DNA of 64,000 nucleotides, filler included, from Rhizaria sp. SCN 62-66 (Eukaryota): the NCBI GenBank assembly GCA_001724265.1. It is 3 parts of 3 records of this genome, joined end to end, with 100 filler letters (N's around TTAATTAATTAA, not from the genome) between each part and the next. Parts side by side here need not be neighbours in the genome. Positions count along the whole stretch, not along the records: positions 46,791 to 64,000 come from MEDY01000483.1; 2 more parts are not named here. One strand, 5' to 3'. Shown piece by piece: positions 47,566-61,000 of the stretch (the stretch's first letter is position 1; every line of letters begins with the position of its first letter). Under the pieces are notes generated by a model that did not search any database, was not told where the DNA came from, and saw nothing but the letters and a program-made list of their open reading frames with translations. Both the position numbers and the translations under genes were made by a program.

Positions 47566-47574
47566 AAAAAAAAA
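47566..47574 (-). terminator. RNA polymerase III oligo-T terminator
   Basis: T9 on the minus strand immediately follows the tRNA discriminator base. Confidence 0.8.
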
Positions 47575-47647
47575 TTCCCACTACGGGACTTGAACCCGTG
47601 TCTCAGCAGTGAGAGTGCCGTATACTAACCACCTATACTAAATGGGA
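47575..47647 (-). tRNA. tRNA-Glu(CTC), intronless, no encoded CCA
   Basis: Acceptor stem TCCCATT/AGTGGGA, anticodon arm CGGCA-CTCTCAC-TGCTG, T arm ACGGG-TTCAAGT-CCCGT, and a D loop with TGG. Confidence 0.95.
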
Positions 47648-49026
47648 GAACACGATCGTTGCTGTGTACAACGCAAAAAAAACTTTGATATAGTAGAAGT
47701 AAGAGATATCACAACAGCACATGTTAGTACATCGGAATTGGGTGCTTAGATTTGAAAAAATCAATTAGTCGGATAAGTAATGCTTTGCTGTATATCGCAT
47801 ATCCTAGTAAGTAATATGAAAAACATTACAAGACTTACTCAGTACTCAGTATTAATTCAATCAAAAATTTGCATGGGACCGACCGTGCGTTACCACTGCG
47901 TGTTGACGAGGTCGACGGCGCAGTCCTGAAGGACGTCAGCAACGTCGTCAAGGGCATGTCGGCTGACAACCTTCGAGGAACACACATCAAACTCCAAAAA
48001 GACTGTGTCCAGCAGAGGGATGTACACGAACTTTCTGACTATGCGACACTACGGATCTGAGCAGGCGTTTATCTGAAATAGGAGGACAAATCAGAGTCCG
48101 TACGCACGCATAAACTGTTGTTATGTTACTCTACCAACCGTTGTGTGTTCTTGTCATTGCACAACAAGACCAGACAGGATAAAAAAACAGCACTCATTGG
48201 GTTTATTATTATACTGATTGGATCAATATCACATATCAGTCAATTGTTATTCGACTCATCTTCCAAGAAAAAGGTATACTAGTATACGAGTATGGTTACG
48301 GATGAAAAACATATTAATCAATCGAGGACAGAGCACATGCAAGATATTGCAATAGTACGAATACACTGGGAGTACGTACTTAAAAAACAACAACCCTATA
48401 GTTTAAAATGGAAATGTCGTGTTTTTTGTTCTGCTCAGCACCACTTTTGAGTTGACCAGTGACTGGTGACAAGAAAGTAGGCGAACAAGATGGATGAAGT
48501 TATTAGAACAACAACAATTAAACACAAACACACACAATATGCTTAAATGATAAGCGGAAAACTTTTAACACATAAACAAAAGAGTTGAAAACATCTGGCT
48601 TAAAGGAGGCAACGGTCAGTTGAAACTGGGAAAAACATATTTTCTGATAATAAGTTGCGGATGCATGAAATAAGAACTTGAAAAATGTCGGTGACAATTG
48701 CAGCAATAGCAAAAACACACATGACAAATTTATGATTATATCCAAGCATACATATTGACACAAAAGCACATAGAAAAAAAATAACTACTTGTACAACATA
48801 CAAACACACTACTCACAATACTTAGCACATCCATACACAAACCCGAAATAATCATATTCGGAACACAAATCGTATTACATGAACTCGTAAACAAAAAACA
48901 TTGCAGAACAATTCTGCAATGTACAGGCACACAACAATAATATTTCAAAAAATTATGGTATGGAATCTTCGGAATTCACAAAGATTCCAAACTCTTTCTT
49001 AAACTCAATACTCTAAATAGTGAAGC

Positions 49027-52000
49027 TCAACCTGGTGTCAGGTCAATATCAAGCTTGTCACCAGCAATCTTAGCTTGCGCTTGAGCATACTTCTTAGCGT
49101 CAGCAATGACAGCCGCGGATACTTCGACAGCAGACTGCGTTGCGTCCACCGTGGTGCCCAGCGCAGTCGTTGTAACGTCGCAACCTTGCTCCAGCATCAG
49201 CGCAATCCGAGCGCCACGCTGCGCCTCAGTCAAAACTTCCGTCATCTCATTGTCTTGCCTACTGTCAGCAGTAGCGTCAGCGGTATCAGCGCGTTCAGAC
49301 GTGACAGTGGTGACATCAGCACGGGCGTCATCTTGAAGCGTCCGCATCATATTAGCTTCGGTGGAATGCTTGTTCGTACCACCCGTAGTAAATGTAAACG
49401 CCGACGCTGCGTCAACAGCACGAGCAGTTGTCGCCTTGACACCTGCAGTGGTACTGACGATGCTAGCTTTATCAATGCGGGCCTGGTGCGCACGCGCCAT
49501 TTCAATACGCCAGGCGCGTACCACGGGACCACTTTCCTGTCCTTGTGCGTGCGCCTCGCGGAGTGCGTTGCGCAGCGGCGTGAGCTGCGCTTCTTCCTTC
49601 GACAGCATTTGGAAAGCGACAACAACGATGGCGATGAACGCAACCACCAACATGCAAATGAGTACTGTGACTACAGTTTGAGCGGTGTCACCGACCGTGC
49701 TGACAAACAGGAAGTTTGCAAGGAAGAAGATCATGAATGAAGTAAAGAGTGAAAACAGCTCAACAAACTCAGGAATCTTGTTTTCAAAAGGCTTCGCTGC
49801 GATTTGTCCAATAATACACACAAAAATAAGCATTGATGCAAGCATTAACTGAGTGTGGAGCGCGCCCGGGAAGAAGACTGAAATAGCAACAATAATGACC
49901 TTTCGTGCCATCTCCATGAGGAACCAGTAGTAGCGCGAGGGCTTATAGCCGCGGTACAAAAAGGCCATCTGCGACTCGAACACCTTCTTCTTGTTGCGCA
50001 TTACTGCGGACGCACCTTGCACCGGCATCATGACAAGGTTGCGGTTGCGGTACAGCACAAACCAGGCAAAGAATGGAATGCCCAACACCCAGAGGATAAG
50101 CATCGGCATGCCCAACGCAGCTATAAAGAGGATGTGCTGGGAGGAGTAACATATCTCCATCATCTCTCCTAAAACTACCTTAGTAGAAGGGTCAACGGTG
50201 CCACCAATGTTCTTGCATGAGAGCACATTAAAAAATTGGCGGGTAAGGTTCGGGTGGATCATAAACATGACAACAGTAATCGTGGTAATAACGTAGCCAA
50301 AGAACTCAGACAGAATCTGGTTGTAAAGCGACTCAGCAACGCTTACACGGACACGCATCTCAGCTGCAGTAACTTTCGGTGGCTCGGATTTGAGGCGTTT
50401 AGCACGCTCTTTCTCAAACATGGCCTTTCCATTCTTCTCTCCATAGCTGTGCACATACCAAGCTACCTGCGCATCAGCGCGTACGCGCTGGAACGCGCGT
50501 TCACGCCGTAACACGCGTTCTCGCAGCAGCTCTGCGTTATAGAGCGTATCAAAGGATAGCCGGGATAGTAAGCGCATGTTGTCCAAGTCATATTCGCTCT
50601 GCACAATTTTAGCAAACTCTTCCGTTGTTGACGCGTTAGCTTCATTGTGCGAGCGTTTTTGATCATCAAAAGCATTATTATTTTTAACAATAATGCCATA
50701 CATTTCAACTTCACGGGCTGTACGTTCGAAGATTGCCTCGCGGCTTTCGCCTGAAGTCGAATACGCGCTTGCCAGCGCAGCCTCACTCACGCTATAATCA
50801 CAAATAATATCACGCAGAAACACAAACGCCGTATCGTCGAGAGCGTGTCCGACATGCTTTGTGGCTGGTGCAACAACTAATGGGTCGTCATTATCAACAG
50901 TGTCGGCAAATTGATTTACTTCCCACCGTGTAGCATCGTTTTCAATGGTCTCAATGAGTCGCCTATTGCAAGCGGCTGCAAGTACAGCAAACTTTTGCGC
51001 CTTTGCAATCGCCTCCGCCTCACGCGATCCTTGATCTACGCACTTTTCATTGGCTGCAGCGGAGTCCATACAAGCAGCATCATAGTCAGATTCACTGTCA
51101 AAGAGTTCGTTGATTTCAAACTGAAATTGACTGTTGTCCTGATTCGGCACAGAGTCTGTTGCACTACCGTTCCTACCACTCAGAGCAAGCGCAGGAAATT
51201 CAGGTGTGCCGTTGCTGCTGGGAGCACGCAGCACATTGGGAAAGCTTTCATTCCTCGGGAGCTGCGCTGTTGCTAAGTTGAACTGATAAGGCCTAATGAC
51301 GGGCGAGTGCGTTTCGGAGATTGAAAGCGCAACGCGGCCAGAACCAGTTGTTGCTGCTTCAGCGTCCGCTGCAATAACACGTCTCGCCTCAAGAGCGCCA
51401 AGCGCTGGACTGCTATTTCTACTTTGTTTGCGACCGACAAGTTGCTGCCGCGCTATTCCAGCGTTTGTGCTACGTCGCAGTGGACTAACAACTGTTGGCC
51501 GCGGCTGTACGTCACCAACACCAAAGAATGCGTTTCTCGACTCAACGTCATCTGGGCCTAAGGTAGCACTTAAAAGAGAGCCTGCAATAGGACCGTTGCC
51601 AATGCTTGACAGAGATCGCCGTTTTAAAAACGCCGGCATTGGGGGCTGTTCCGGTGGTGCAAGCGGGTATAGTCCATTCGATAGGTCGTTTTTGTTCTCA
51701 ACATTAATCCGCGCAAGAAGGGTGAGCTCGCTTTCTGTGCGCTGTAAGCGAGGATTAGGTGTGCGGCGCTGACGGCGTGTGCCACGCGTCTTGCGCGCAT
51801 GTTCGAGCTCTGACTGTGCACTCTGCTTAATATCGAGATTAATACCAGTGTGAACATCGTTCTCAATCCCAAGTGTCGCCTCAGTCTTTCGCCCAGCTAA
51901 AATGCCCAGATTGTCTTCATCGGCAACGTGATCCCAGAGACTAACTTTAAGCTCATTCTCATTCTGCACGCGCTGCGCGGCACGATCTTGGACCACAGTG

Positions 52001-55000
52001 GCCTTATCACGCTGGCGTTGAAAACTCTCGAACTGGGTAACAATTTCAACCATGAGTCGACGCTGTTCTGCGACCTCTGCCAAAACGAATTTCTTGTAGC
52101 CACGCTTGACGCTAAAGTAGCGGGGTGCAAAAAACAACAAAGGCAATATCACACCAAACAGTGGCAACGCCATAATGCCAATTGAGGTAACCCAGAAGGG
52201 TTTCATTGATGGATTGTCGCCGAGGAAACAGTCCAGCGAGAGCATCGCAGTGCCAACCCCGGCAGCTGTGTCGGCACCATCAAACAACCCATCAAGAAAA
52301 CCGGGCCATTTGAGGTCGTAGCGTGACGCAATTGACATCACTTGGAGGCCAGCCATTGCAACTTTGAACAACAAAGGCACAGCTGGCGCTGGCAGCTCGT
52401 TCATTGATTGCTTGCCATCTGTAATCTGCTTCCAAGCTAAAATGCCACAGCCAATAATGGCAGCGAGTGCACCGGCAATAAGAATAAACCACGCAAGCGC
52501 GGGATCGTTGCAACGACCACACTTAAAAACAGAGTCTTTGCCATAGCCAGGGAGACAAACTGAGCAGAGAGGACCCGTGTGACCTTCCGCGCATTGATTT
52601 CCTGGCTGACATGTGTTACTAAGACAGTATTCAAAGGAAGTAATCGCGTGACGGTAATAACTGCTCTGAACAGTAGGCTCGTTGACAAAAGCAAGCTCTT
52701 GGCTAAGCACGGTGTTGGCAGCGTTGAGATGTAAAACAGCGCTTGCAACAAGTTGAGACGCCTCTTCTTCATCATCATGTTCCGGTGGGACAACATCAAT
52801 GGTGATGATGTAGACAGATACGAGATCGGCATTGGCCGCGCTAACTGCAACTGTGGTTGGTTGCACCATGCTGTTATTCGTGACTATTGTAGGATCAAGA
52901 TCTGCTGATACAAACACAAATCGGCCACGCCGCCAATCTGTGTCATCAAATAATGCTTTCATAGCAAGCGCCAAAGCGTTGCGACGCGCATCATTAGCGG
53001 GGACGTTAGCGTTAACACGTACAGGGAATGAAAACCTTACAACACTTGTCAGATTCTTAAACGTGACCGAAGGTGAGTAGTAGTCGAGCGACACAACGTT
53101 GTAGACAGTCGTACCAGCATTCAAGCAGTTGCCACCAAGCATGCATGTCTGACATACACCGCGCGCGTCCTTATACGAACCCACTTTGCACTGACAGTAC
53201 GAATAGTCGCTCGTGTGCTCTGCGCCCAAAGGACATGCCTCGCACTGCGCACTGCCTTCACTAGCAGCGTATGTACCAGGCGCGCACTGCATGCATGCTT
53301 CAGCACGTTCTTGCGAGAAAGTGCCACGAGGACAACGCACGCATTCCTGATAACCCAAGCCTGAGTAAGTACCTGTGGGACAGGGGCTACAACTAGCTGC
53401 GCCTGTAGTGTTGGAGTAGTAGCCGGGCTGACACTGGCGGCAGAGCGCTTGGGACCAGAGATCGTTGTAGTATCCAGGTTCGCAATTAACGCAGTGGTAA
53501 TCGTTGTTGCGCTGGCCGGGTGGACACTGTACATACGAGAGTAGGATAGTCTCACGTGACATGTTGCCATAGCGCTGTAACAATGTCACTGCGCGGTCGA
53601 CCGAGGCGTCTGCGGGCGTCGTACAGAGAACCTCACGATGAGGGTTTGTCGCTGTGTGCGTCACGTTGGTGCACGTCAAGCCACCAATCGAGATTGTAGC
53701 ACCAGATGCGCCAAAGTTATCACCATGGAGCATAATTCGGTTCCCACCAAAGCGGTTGCACTCCTTGATAATCTTTGTCGAGATTTGCTGACAGCCGTAA
53801 ATCTCCGTAATAACGGGAATAGAATACGTAATGCGATTGCGCGATTCTGTGCGTTGCGATCCAGCCTTGACAATCAGAGCAAGACTAGAACCAGAGCCAA
53901 TCGGAAGTTTACATGTCAACAATTCGTTGGAGATCTTGTCTATGGCAGTGCACTGACGGCCACTTACCATGACAGAAAGAGGCTCAAGGAAGCCAGTTCC
54001 CGTGACTGTGAGGCGTACATCCCCACCATCGGTTGGACAGCCAGCTGTGTTGCCCAGCAAGATGTTGTCAACACCGCAGCCGTAAACTGTTTCGACCGTG
54101 GGCACCTGTGGGTATGAGTAACGATCAGTGGAGTAAACGATGCGGCCTGCAATCGTAAGTTTAAAGTACAAATCAACACGATTTACATTATCTTGAGTAC
54201 GGCAAACAAGGATATTTGGTGAGCCTTGATAGCGGGAAAGCTCGGAGTTAAACACACACTCAAATGGGAAGTCTGTTGTCGAGGAGGCCAGACCGTATCG
54301 AATCATCAAAATCTCTTTCCGTTCTAGATACAAGTTGGAGATTTCAAAGCCAATATCTTCGCCAAGAGTAGTCATACTAACATAATTATCCGTTCGCTGA
54401 CCAGAACCCGCAGCTGTTACAGTATGCAGCGAAGATGGCACAAAGTGGTGTAAAGGGTAGCTGATGCGGACACGATTGTTATCACCAATACGCGCCAAAT
54501 CATCCAGTGCTTCAGTGCCGGCCCAATTCCAGTTCCACATGGTGCAATCAATATCGCCAGCAAGATTCGTTGCGCTATTGCGCTGTACGCAAAACTGCAT
54601 GCGGAGATATAAGTCTCCACCTTGACCTGCACTTAGTGTGCATTTGACCTTGAGGAAAAGGTTTGCGTCTGACGCAGCGTTTGGATTGAGGTCGGGCACG
54701 GGCTTCACGATAATGTTCGAACACTCATACGTCAATAGCTCAGGATTGCTATATAGGTTTTGATTCGGGTTTGTGTACTGCACACGCGTGATGTATGGTG
54801 CAGCAACGTTGGCACCCGCACGCAAAGTCAGCTGCACAGTTTGACCACCCTTGGCGCTGTCAGGTACAATCTCTCGTGTGTCTGCATTGTACGCAACGTA
54901 GCCAACAAAGCTGGGTACGTTCACAGGCGGGTCTTCAAGCGTGATAAAGGGCGTGCAGACGTAGGAGCCAAACGTATTAATACACTTTGACTGTGAACCA

Positions 55001-58000
55001 TATAGTGCCGCGCAATCAACAAAGTAGCGACCACCAAAGAACATAGGATCGCACTCGTCAATGTCTTGACACGATGGCTCTGCAGGTAGCCATGCTCCTG
55101 TCTCAGCACAGCGGCGCTCAAACACAGAAGAACCATCAGTAAATGTAAAGCCAGACTGACACTTGTACACGGCGCGCGATTGGAAACGAGTGGGACCAGA
55201 AACATAGAATGTGTCAAAGTTATATGTGACAGGTAAACCATACTTGATTGGGCCGGTAAGATTGAGCTGACCCCAGTCAATTGCGCTACACACTGGTGCA
55301 AGAGCAGGAACCCAGCCCTCAGCGAGAGTACCACAACGGCGCGTCGAAGCGATGACCGCATCCGTGAACGCGTCGCGAGTTTCGTAGCCGGGCTGACACG
55401 AGTACGTTGCAATCGTTCCGTAAGAAAGTGGAATACCACCGTTGTTGCCCGTGTTAAGGGCATCACGATAAGTGACACTAATACCATTTGCAGGAACAAA
55501 TAAGCTCTCACATTGGTTGATTTGGCATTGTGGTGCGGCAAGTGGAAACCAACCACGCGGAGTGCATTCACGACGTGCGGCAAGAACACGCACGTTTGAC
55601 TGAATAATTTCAACAACATAACCAGTACCATCTGTAAGATTGTACTCTGCGTAACGCAAGTTGTAGCCTGCGTTGCAGCGGTATTCAACCCAAGATGTAT
55701 TCAAATACGGTCCGTGATTACCATTGTTTGACACAACAATGGTTGCACCATTGATGCTGGAGGGTATGCCGCAGTTATATGGTGAACATGTGCGTGGCGA
55801 CGATGACCTATCTCCTTTTGCTGTACACGTAATGGAGGCCTCCGAATGACTCATTACAGCACCATAATCGCAGAAGTATGTTGCTGTGACACCATATGCA
55901 TTCATCAATGTTGTAGGCGTCTGTGTGAAAGAGCCTAAGGTGACCTCCGTTAGCGTCGGGCATGGGCGTGGCACACAACGTGGTGTGTCGACAGGTTGCC
56001 ACCCTTCAGCAATCACACACTGACGGGTTGTGACAAGAGAGTCAGCTGTCCACATAAAACCATCGGCGCAAGCATAAGTCGCAATTGTATCAATAGGATA
56101 TGCGTTGGTCAGGGGGTTAAAGTCAATGGGTAAACCATAGCGTGTAAATGAAATAGGTTTCATTGTCGTAATGTCAGTGTAAATGCGCACACAAGTGTTC
56201 GAGCGGCAAATTGGGGTAACACCCGACCACGTCTGGTTGGCACGACATACGCGATGTAAATCGCCGCTTGTTCGCTCGTATTGGTCGAGACAAACATGGA
56301 TTGCTGTTGACTGATACTTGCGCTCACCATACGGCTGTGCTGAGTAAGTAATCTCACCAACATTGTTGGCAAGAGCAAGTTGCGGACACTCAAGCGGCAC
56401 GCATGCTGGCGCGGAGGAAACACTCCAGCCGCCGGCCGTGCAAATGACAATGGGAGAGGCTGTTAGCATAAATCCTTGAACACAGCCATACTCATACCGA
56501 GAGCCAAACGCGGTTGCATTGCCCTCGGGGGCAGCTTGCACTAGGACTGGCTGCGTGCCAAAGTCAGGGAACGCAGGTGGCACTGGCCCGCAGTTGAACA
56601 CCCCGCAGGCGGGCGGGGGTGCAGACCAGCCTGAGGCAAGGCAAGTTATGCGCTGGACGCAGTTGGAGATAGGTGGCGACGAGGCAGTATTGAGCGTACA
56701 CGTAACATTGGGCTGGCCTACTGTGGTCAGTGCATAGCCGAAAACACACACTACGGAAGCTTCTGCAGTATAGTGTGTCAAACCAAAGCCATTGTCTTCG
56801 TACGTAATAGCGCCCTGGTTGATCGTTGGCATAGCCTTGCAGTCTATGAGAGTAATTTGAATTGGCTCTGAGAGATACGACATAAATGGATCACCAGAAA
56901 GTAGCGTAATGTTAATACGCGGCAACACGCCACCTTCAGTAGGATCTGCGCCAAGTGGATGTGTGTAGAACAAGCACTTGAACCAAAAGCTGCGGCTTGT
57001 TGTGCGGATGGCAGTAAGTTCAAGTCCAGTTGTATAGAGTGGTTGCCAGGAGTTACTCTCGGGCACCCCACCTGTGATGGAGTTCACTAGCGCGCCATAG
57101 CATTTCGTGAAGTTCGAGTCAACAGTAATATTGACATGTACAAACTGTCCAACACCGACAATAGCCTCAACAGGTAGTGTTGTAAACGTGAGCAGCGTCG
57201 GTTCAAGCACGTGAATCCCTGTCGGCAACGTCGCCATGTTAAAGCGGTTCTCAACCGAAAACGGATTCGTGACGTACACACCCAGGAATGACTGGCCCGT
57301 TGGGGCTGTTGTGAGCGCGACATTCTCAAGAGGTTGTGTACAGTACAAGTGCAACGTCATGTTTTCAACACCAATTGGCACAGACAGTGACACCGCAGCA
57401 GTAAAAGTTGCAGGCAGCATGTTCGATGCAAGTCCAAGCGTACAAGCTGGATCAGATACCGTGATCAGGACGGGTGAAGGGGCGACAGGTGCGGGCAATA
57501 CGCGCAGATTGAACTTATGGATGTTTTGTACCGCGACACGACTCAAAGTAACAGTGGAAGACGTCGGATAAGTCTCAAAAGGTGGAAGGGCGGCATCTTC
57601 AAGCCACATTGCACCACGGACGCGGAAAGGAGCGGTGATAAAGCGGTCGTACCAGTTGTTTGCGCTGTTTGTGATAGTAATGACCGATGGGTTGTTTTCA
57701 GTCATAACGCGGCAGTTGACAATCAGGTCCAACAACGTCATTGTAAAGGTAAAGTTGAAAGCGAAAGCACCATAAGTAAGATGTTCATCGACGAGTTCGC
57801 CTGTGATAAGGCGGAATCCGCAAGCTGGGTTTGGACCAGTTGCATTTTTTGGCAGCACGTCCATCACTATAGTTGTAACATCCGCAGCAACAGGATCTAA
57901 GCTGACGGTGAAGCGCCAGTCGCGATTTGCTACAAGATCACCGTTGAAGGCCAGACGTGGTTCGACACCTTCAGTAGTAAACTTGATGCTCCCACGGACT

Positions 58001-61000
58001 TTTAGAGGCAACGAAATTGACGGAAGCAGATAGTTTCCGGCAGCAAGCTCCGCGTGTAAATAAACAGGGTCACTGTTCGTGACTGAGCAGGAGACATATA
58101 TATCCTTTTGCGCGTCGCCGACTGCATACGTGAGTTGCGCAGTGTAAGCAAATGTCGCATTGCCTGACTCAGAGTAGGTTGTAAACCCACATAAACCGTT
58201 TGTCTTTGTAAAAGTAACGTGAATAACGGTCAGCGCCAATACAGAGGGAATAACCCGCACACGTACTCGCGTTACGTTTGTTGCTGGCACTCGCAGAACG
58301 TATGGGGTTGGTAACTCAGCGGCGCCTGAGGGCACCGCAATAGTTTCAAATTTATCCCGTGATAATACATCTGTGATTTCTCGGCTTGCGCCCACAATGT
58401 TCGCAGGAACAAAAAAGTCCATGCCAGTTAAGCCCCACACAGGCATCGGACCAAACACTTCCCCTGCGTAAGCTGCGTTCGTAATAGACAGAATAGAGCC
58501 GACATTATGCGTGCGGCGACATACCATACGTGCGTAAAGCGGTTCTGTGAGTGACTTTTGTTTGAACACTGGCTCACGCGTGTAGAGCGACGCGCCGTCG
58601 TTAAGCAGGAACACGCAGTCGCCAGGAGTTGTGATTTGCGTAATAGGCACCGACTGCAACAATTTAGGCGTTGGCACAAACTCTCCAGTGACAATGTATG
58701 TCTCACGCACAACAAAGCTGAGGTATGACGTCGTTGTCTTGTTGTTGACTGTCAGCCGCAGTTCACCCTTAGTTTGCAGCCTACTAGACTCTAAGCGGTC
58801 GTAGTACACATGAGACTCCTCAGTGAACACGGCGATAATGCGTGGTGGATCAGACGCGGGATGTAGACAAGTAATCAAAAAGAGGATCTCAGAGGTGCTT
58901 GCTGCAAGAATTAAGTCTTTTGCGAGTGTATCAGCTGCATTTGCTGACGAAGATTTAAAGACGCAATCTGCCGACGGGTTTGTAAAACTAAGCTGTAATA
59001 CACCGGTATCGGTAAGTGGGGGCTGAAAAGTAAGCGCCATGGGCACCGTAACAGCGCGGGGAAATGAAACAGTCTTAGTACCATCAGTCAAGTCAAGCGT
59101 ACTTGCAGCAGTCGTGTCTGAGGCCGGCAGCGCAGCCGTCAGTGTAATGCGACCGGTAATACGCACTTGAAGCGCCGTCCACTAAGCAATAACAATACCC
59201 GTCGCGTCGTCGGTGATGCGCGTGGCAAATTGCTCAGAGTACCGCATGACGGTACAGACTACGGTGAGGAGAATAGTCCCAGACTCAGTGTCTTGAGGCA
59301 TCACCGTTGCATTAACACTCGTAGCATTTGTGTTGCCGTTAAAGTAGCATGGTGCGTTGTTAAGCAAGTACAAGGAAACAGTCATCTGGTTTGCGCGACT
59401 AATAGGAAGAACCCACTCCAGTGTAAGTAAAAGCGGCAAGGTATCAACAAAGTATTCGTGAGTGTCAATTTCACTTAGTGGCGTTACTCCGAGTGCGTTT
59501 GGAGCACGCGCTGCGTCGTACACGGCGGCCTTTGGCGTGAAGAGGATTTTAATTACATTTGCATGGTGTGATAGCCGCGCGGGATAGATATAGGAGTCAC
59601 CAACGCGCGTCAGCGTGAATTCAATGTTCATGCTCAGTGCAGCCGCTGCAGCACTGCAGACTGCAAGCACGGCATGACGTTGTTTGTTGGTCGAGATAAG
59701 ATTGACGCGCTCGGTTGTTTGCTAAAACAGAACACCCGTAGCGATTAACGCGCGGTACTCATTATCATTCTGAATGTGCAACAGCTTGGGCAAACTTGCA
59801 ACAGACGCAAACGCACACGCGTCGCCACCAGCCGAGTGCCTGTAGTTATTGGTTGTGTAGCGCTCAACGCGGACTTCGGTGTCAAACTCGATGTAGAAAG
59901 GCGTATATATAGGAAGAGTTGTCGGTGTTACAATTTCCGTGGGCCTTATTGTAAGCATGCGTACGGTAGAACGCAACCATGCTGTAATATAGTTTGTCGT
60001 AATGACATCGTATGAGCCGTCATTACCTGGATATGTTACCATAAGTGCAATGTTGTCTGTTGGTGCTACACTCTCGTAGCAGTTAATGGCGATCGTCGCC
60101 AAAGATGTCAGTTGCACTGTTAGTGCGCGCTGACGAGTTTCTGTGCTACTAGAGGAAACCATCAGAGAGCAAGGGACACCCAGAGGAAGACCGTTGCGCA
60201 ACAGCTCCAGCTATACTGCGGAACGAGTCAAAAATGCAGGCTGTGCAATTATAGCTAAGTCAACTGGTCGAGAGTCTGCACCAATCTCGAACTCGAGTGC
60301 ATATGGCATATTGGGCCGCACAAACACCGTGCCAACAATGGGACGTACCGCCATGGAAGTGCCCACAAAACCTTGATCGACGGGAATATCCATGTTGATT
60401 GTAACACCAGGACTATAAGGCACAGAGCAACGCATCCGCCCAACAATAATGCCATTGTCAACAATGCGGCTAAGGTCATCCGGGAGGGAGATTGCACCCT
60501 TTAACTTTGTTGTGGGACCACCACCAGTGACAGCATCATAGAAGCGACAAGTGCCACTGGCTGTCGAGAAAGAAAGAGTGTACGAGGTGTCCTCAGTCAT
60601 CGGCACGTTAAAACGCAAGATAATATCCGTATCAGCACCAGCAGGGTAGGACTCGGGCTCTGTGTTGACGACAGCGCCAACACGCACTGTCGCCGTTATA
60701 AAATACGTTGGTGAGACGCGCACTGGCTCATTTAACAGATTTGGAAGACCTGCAGCATAGCCACCATCAAGCGTGCCGACCCAGGGCGTAAGTTCCACAA
60801 CAATAGGGTTGATAAACGTTGTCGCGGCGGAGCAACTAAGCATAAACGTTGTAGAGACGCCTGTGCGACTCGCGATGGAGACAACAGCTGCATCGCCACT
60901 CCCAACAACACAGGGTGCAGGACGTCCATCAAAGAGCCTCACACGCACGCGGAAGACCTGCGACTTACTAATCTTGGTAGCGTCTTGCAACACAAGTGGA

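Noticed and set aside
47575-47647. tRNA as the UAG-decoding suppressor
   Set aside because: The anticodon is CTC (Glu), not CTA; the decoding tRNA is not in this window.
47869-48060. Short GC-richer ORF beside the tRNA
   Set aside because: It has no ATG start and no recognisable family; at most a gene remnant.
48500-48960. A/C-rich low-complexity tract
   Set aside because: It has no discrete repeat unit and is consistent with a T/G-rich 3' flank of the minus-strand gene.
13466-60213. Pyrrolysine or selenocysteine recoding
   Set aside because: Pyl is not known in eukaryotic nuclei and no pyl genes are visible. Sec uses TGA. The TAGs sit at non-catalytic positions and share no obvious downstream element.
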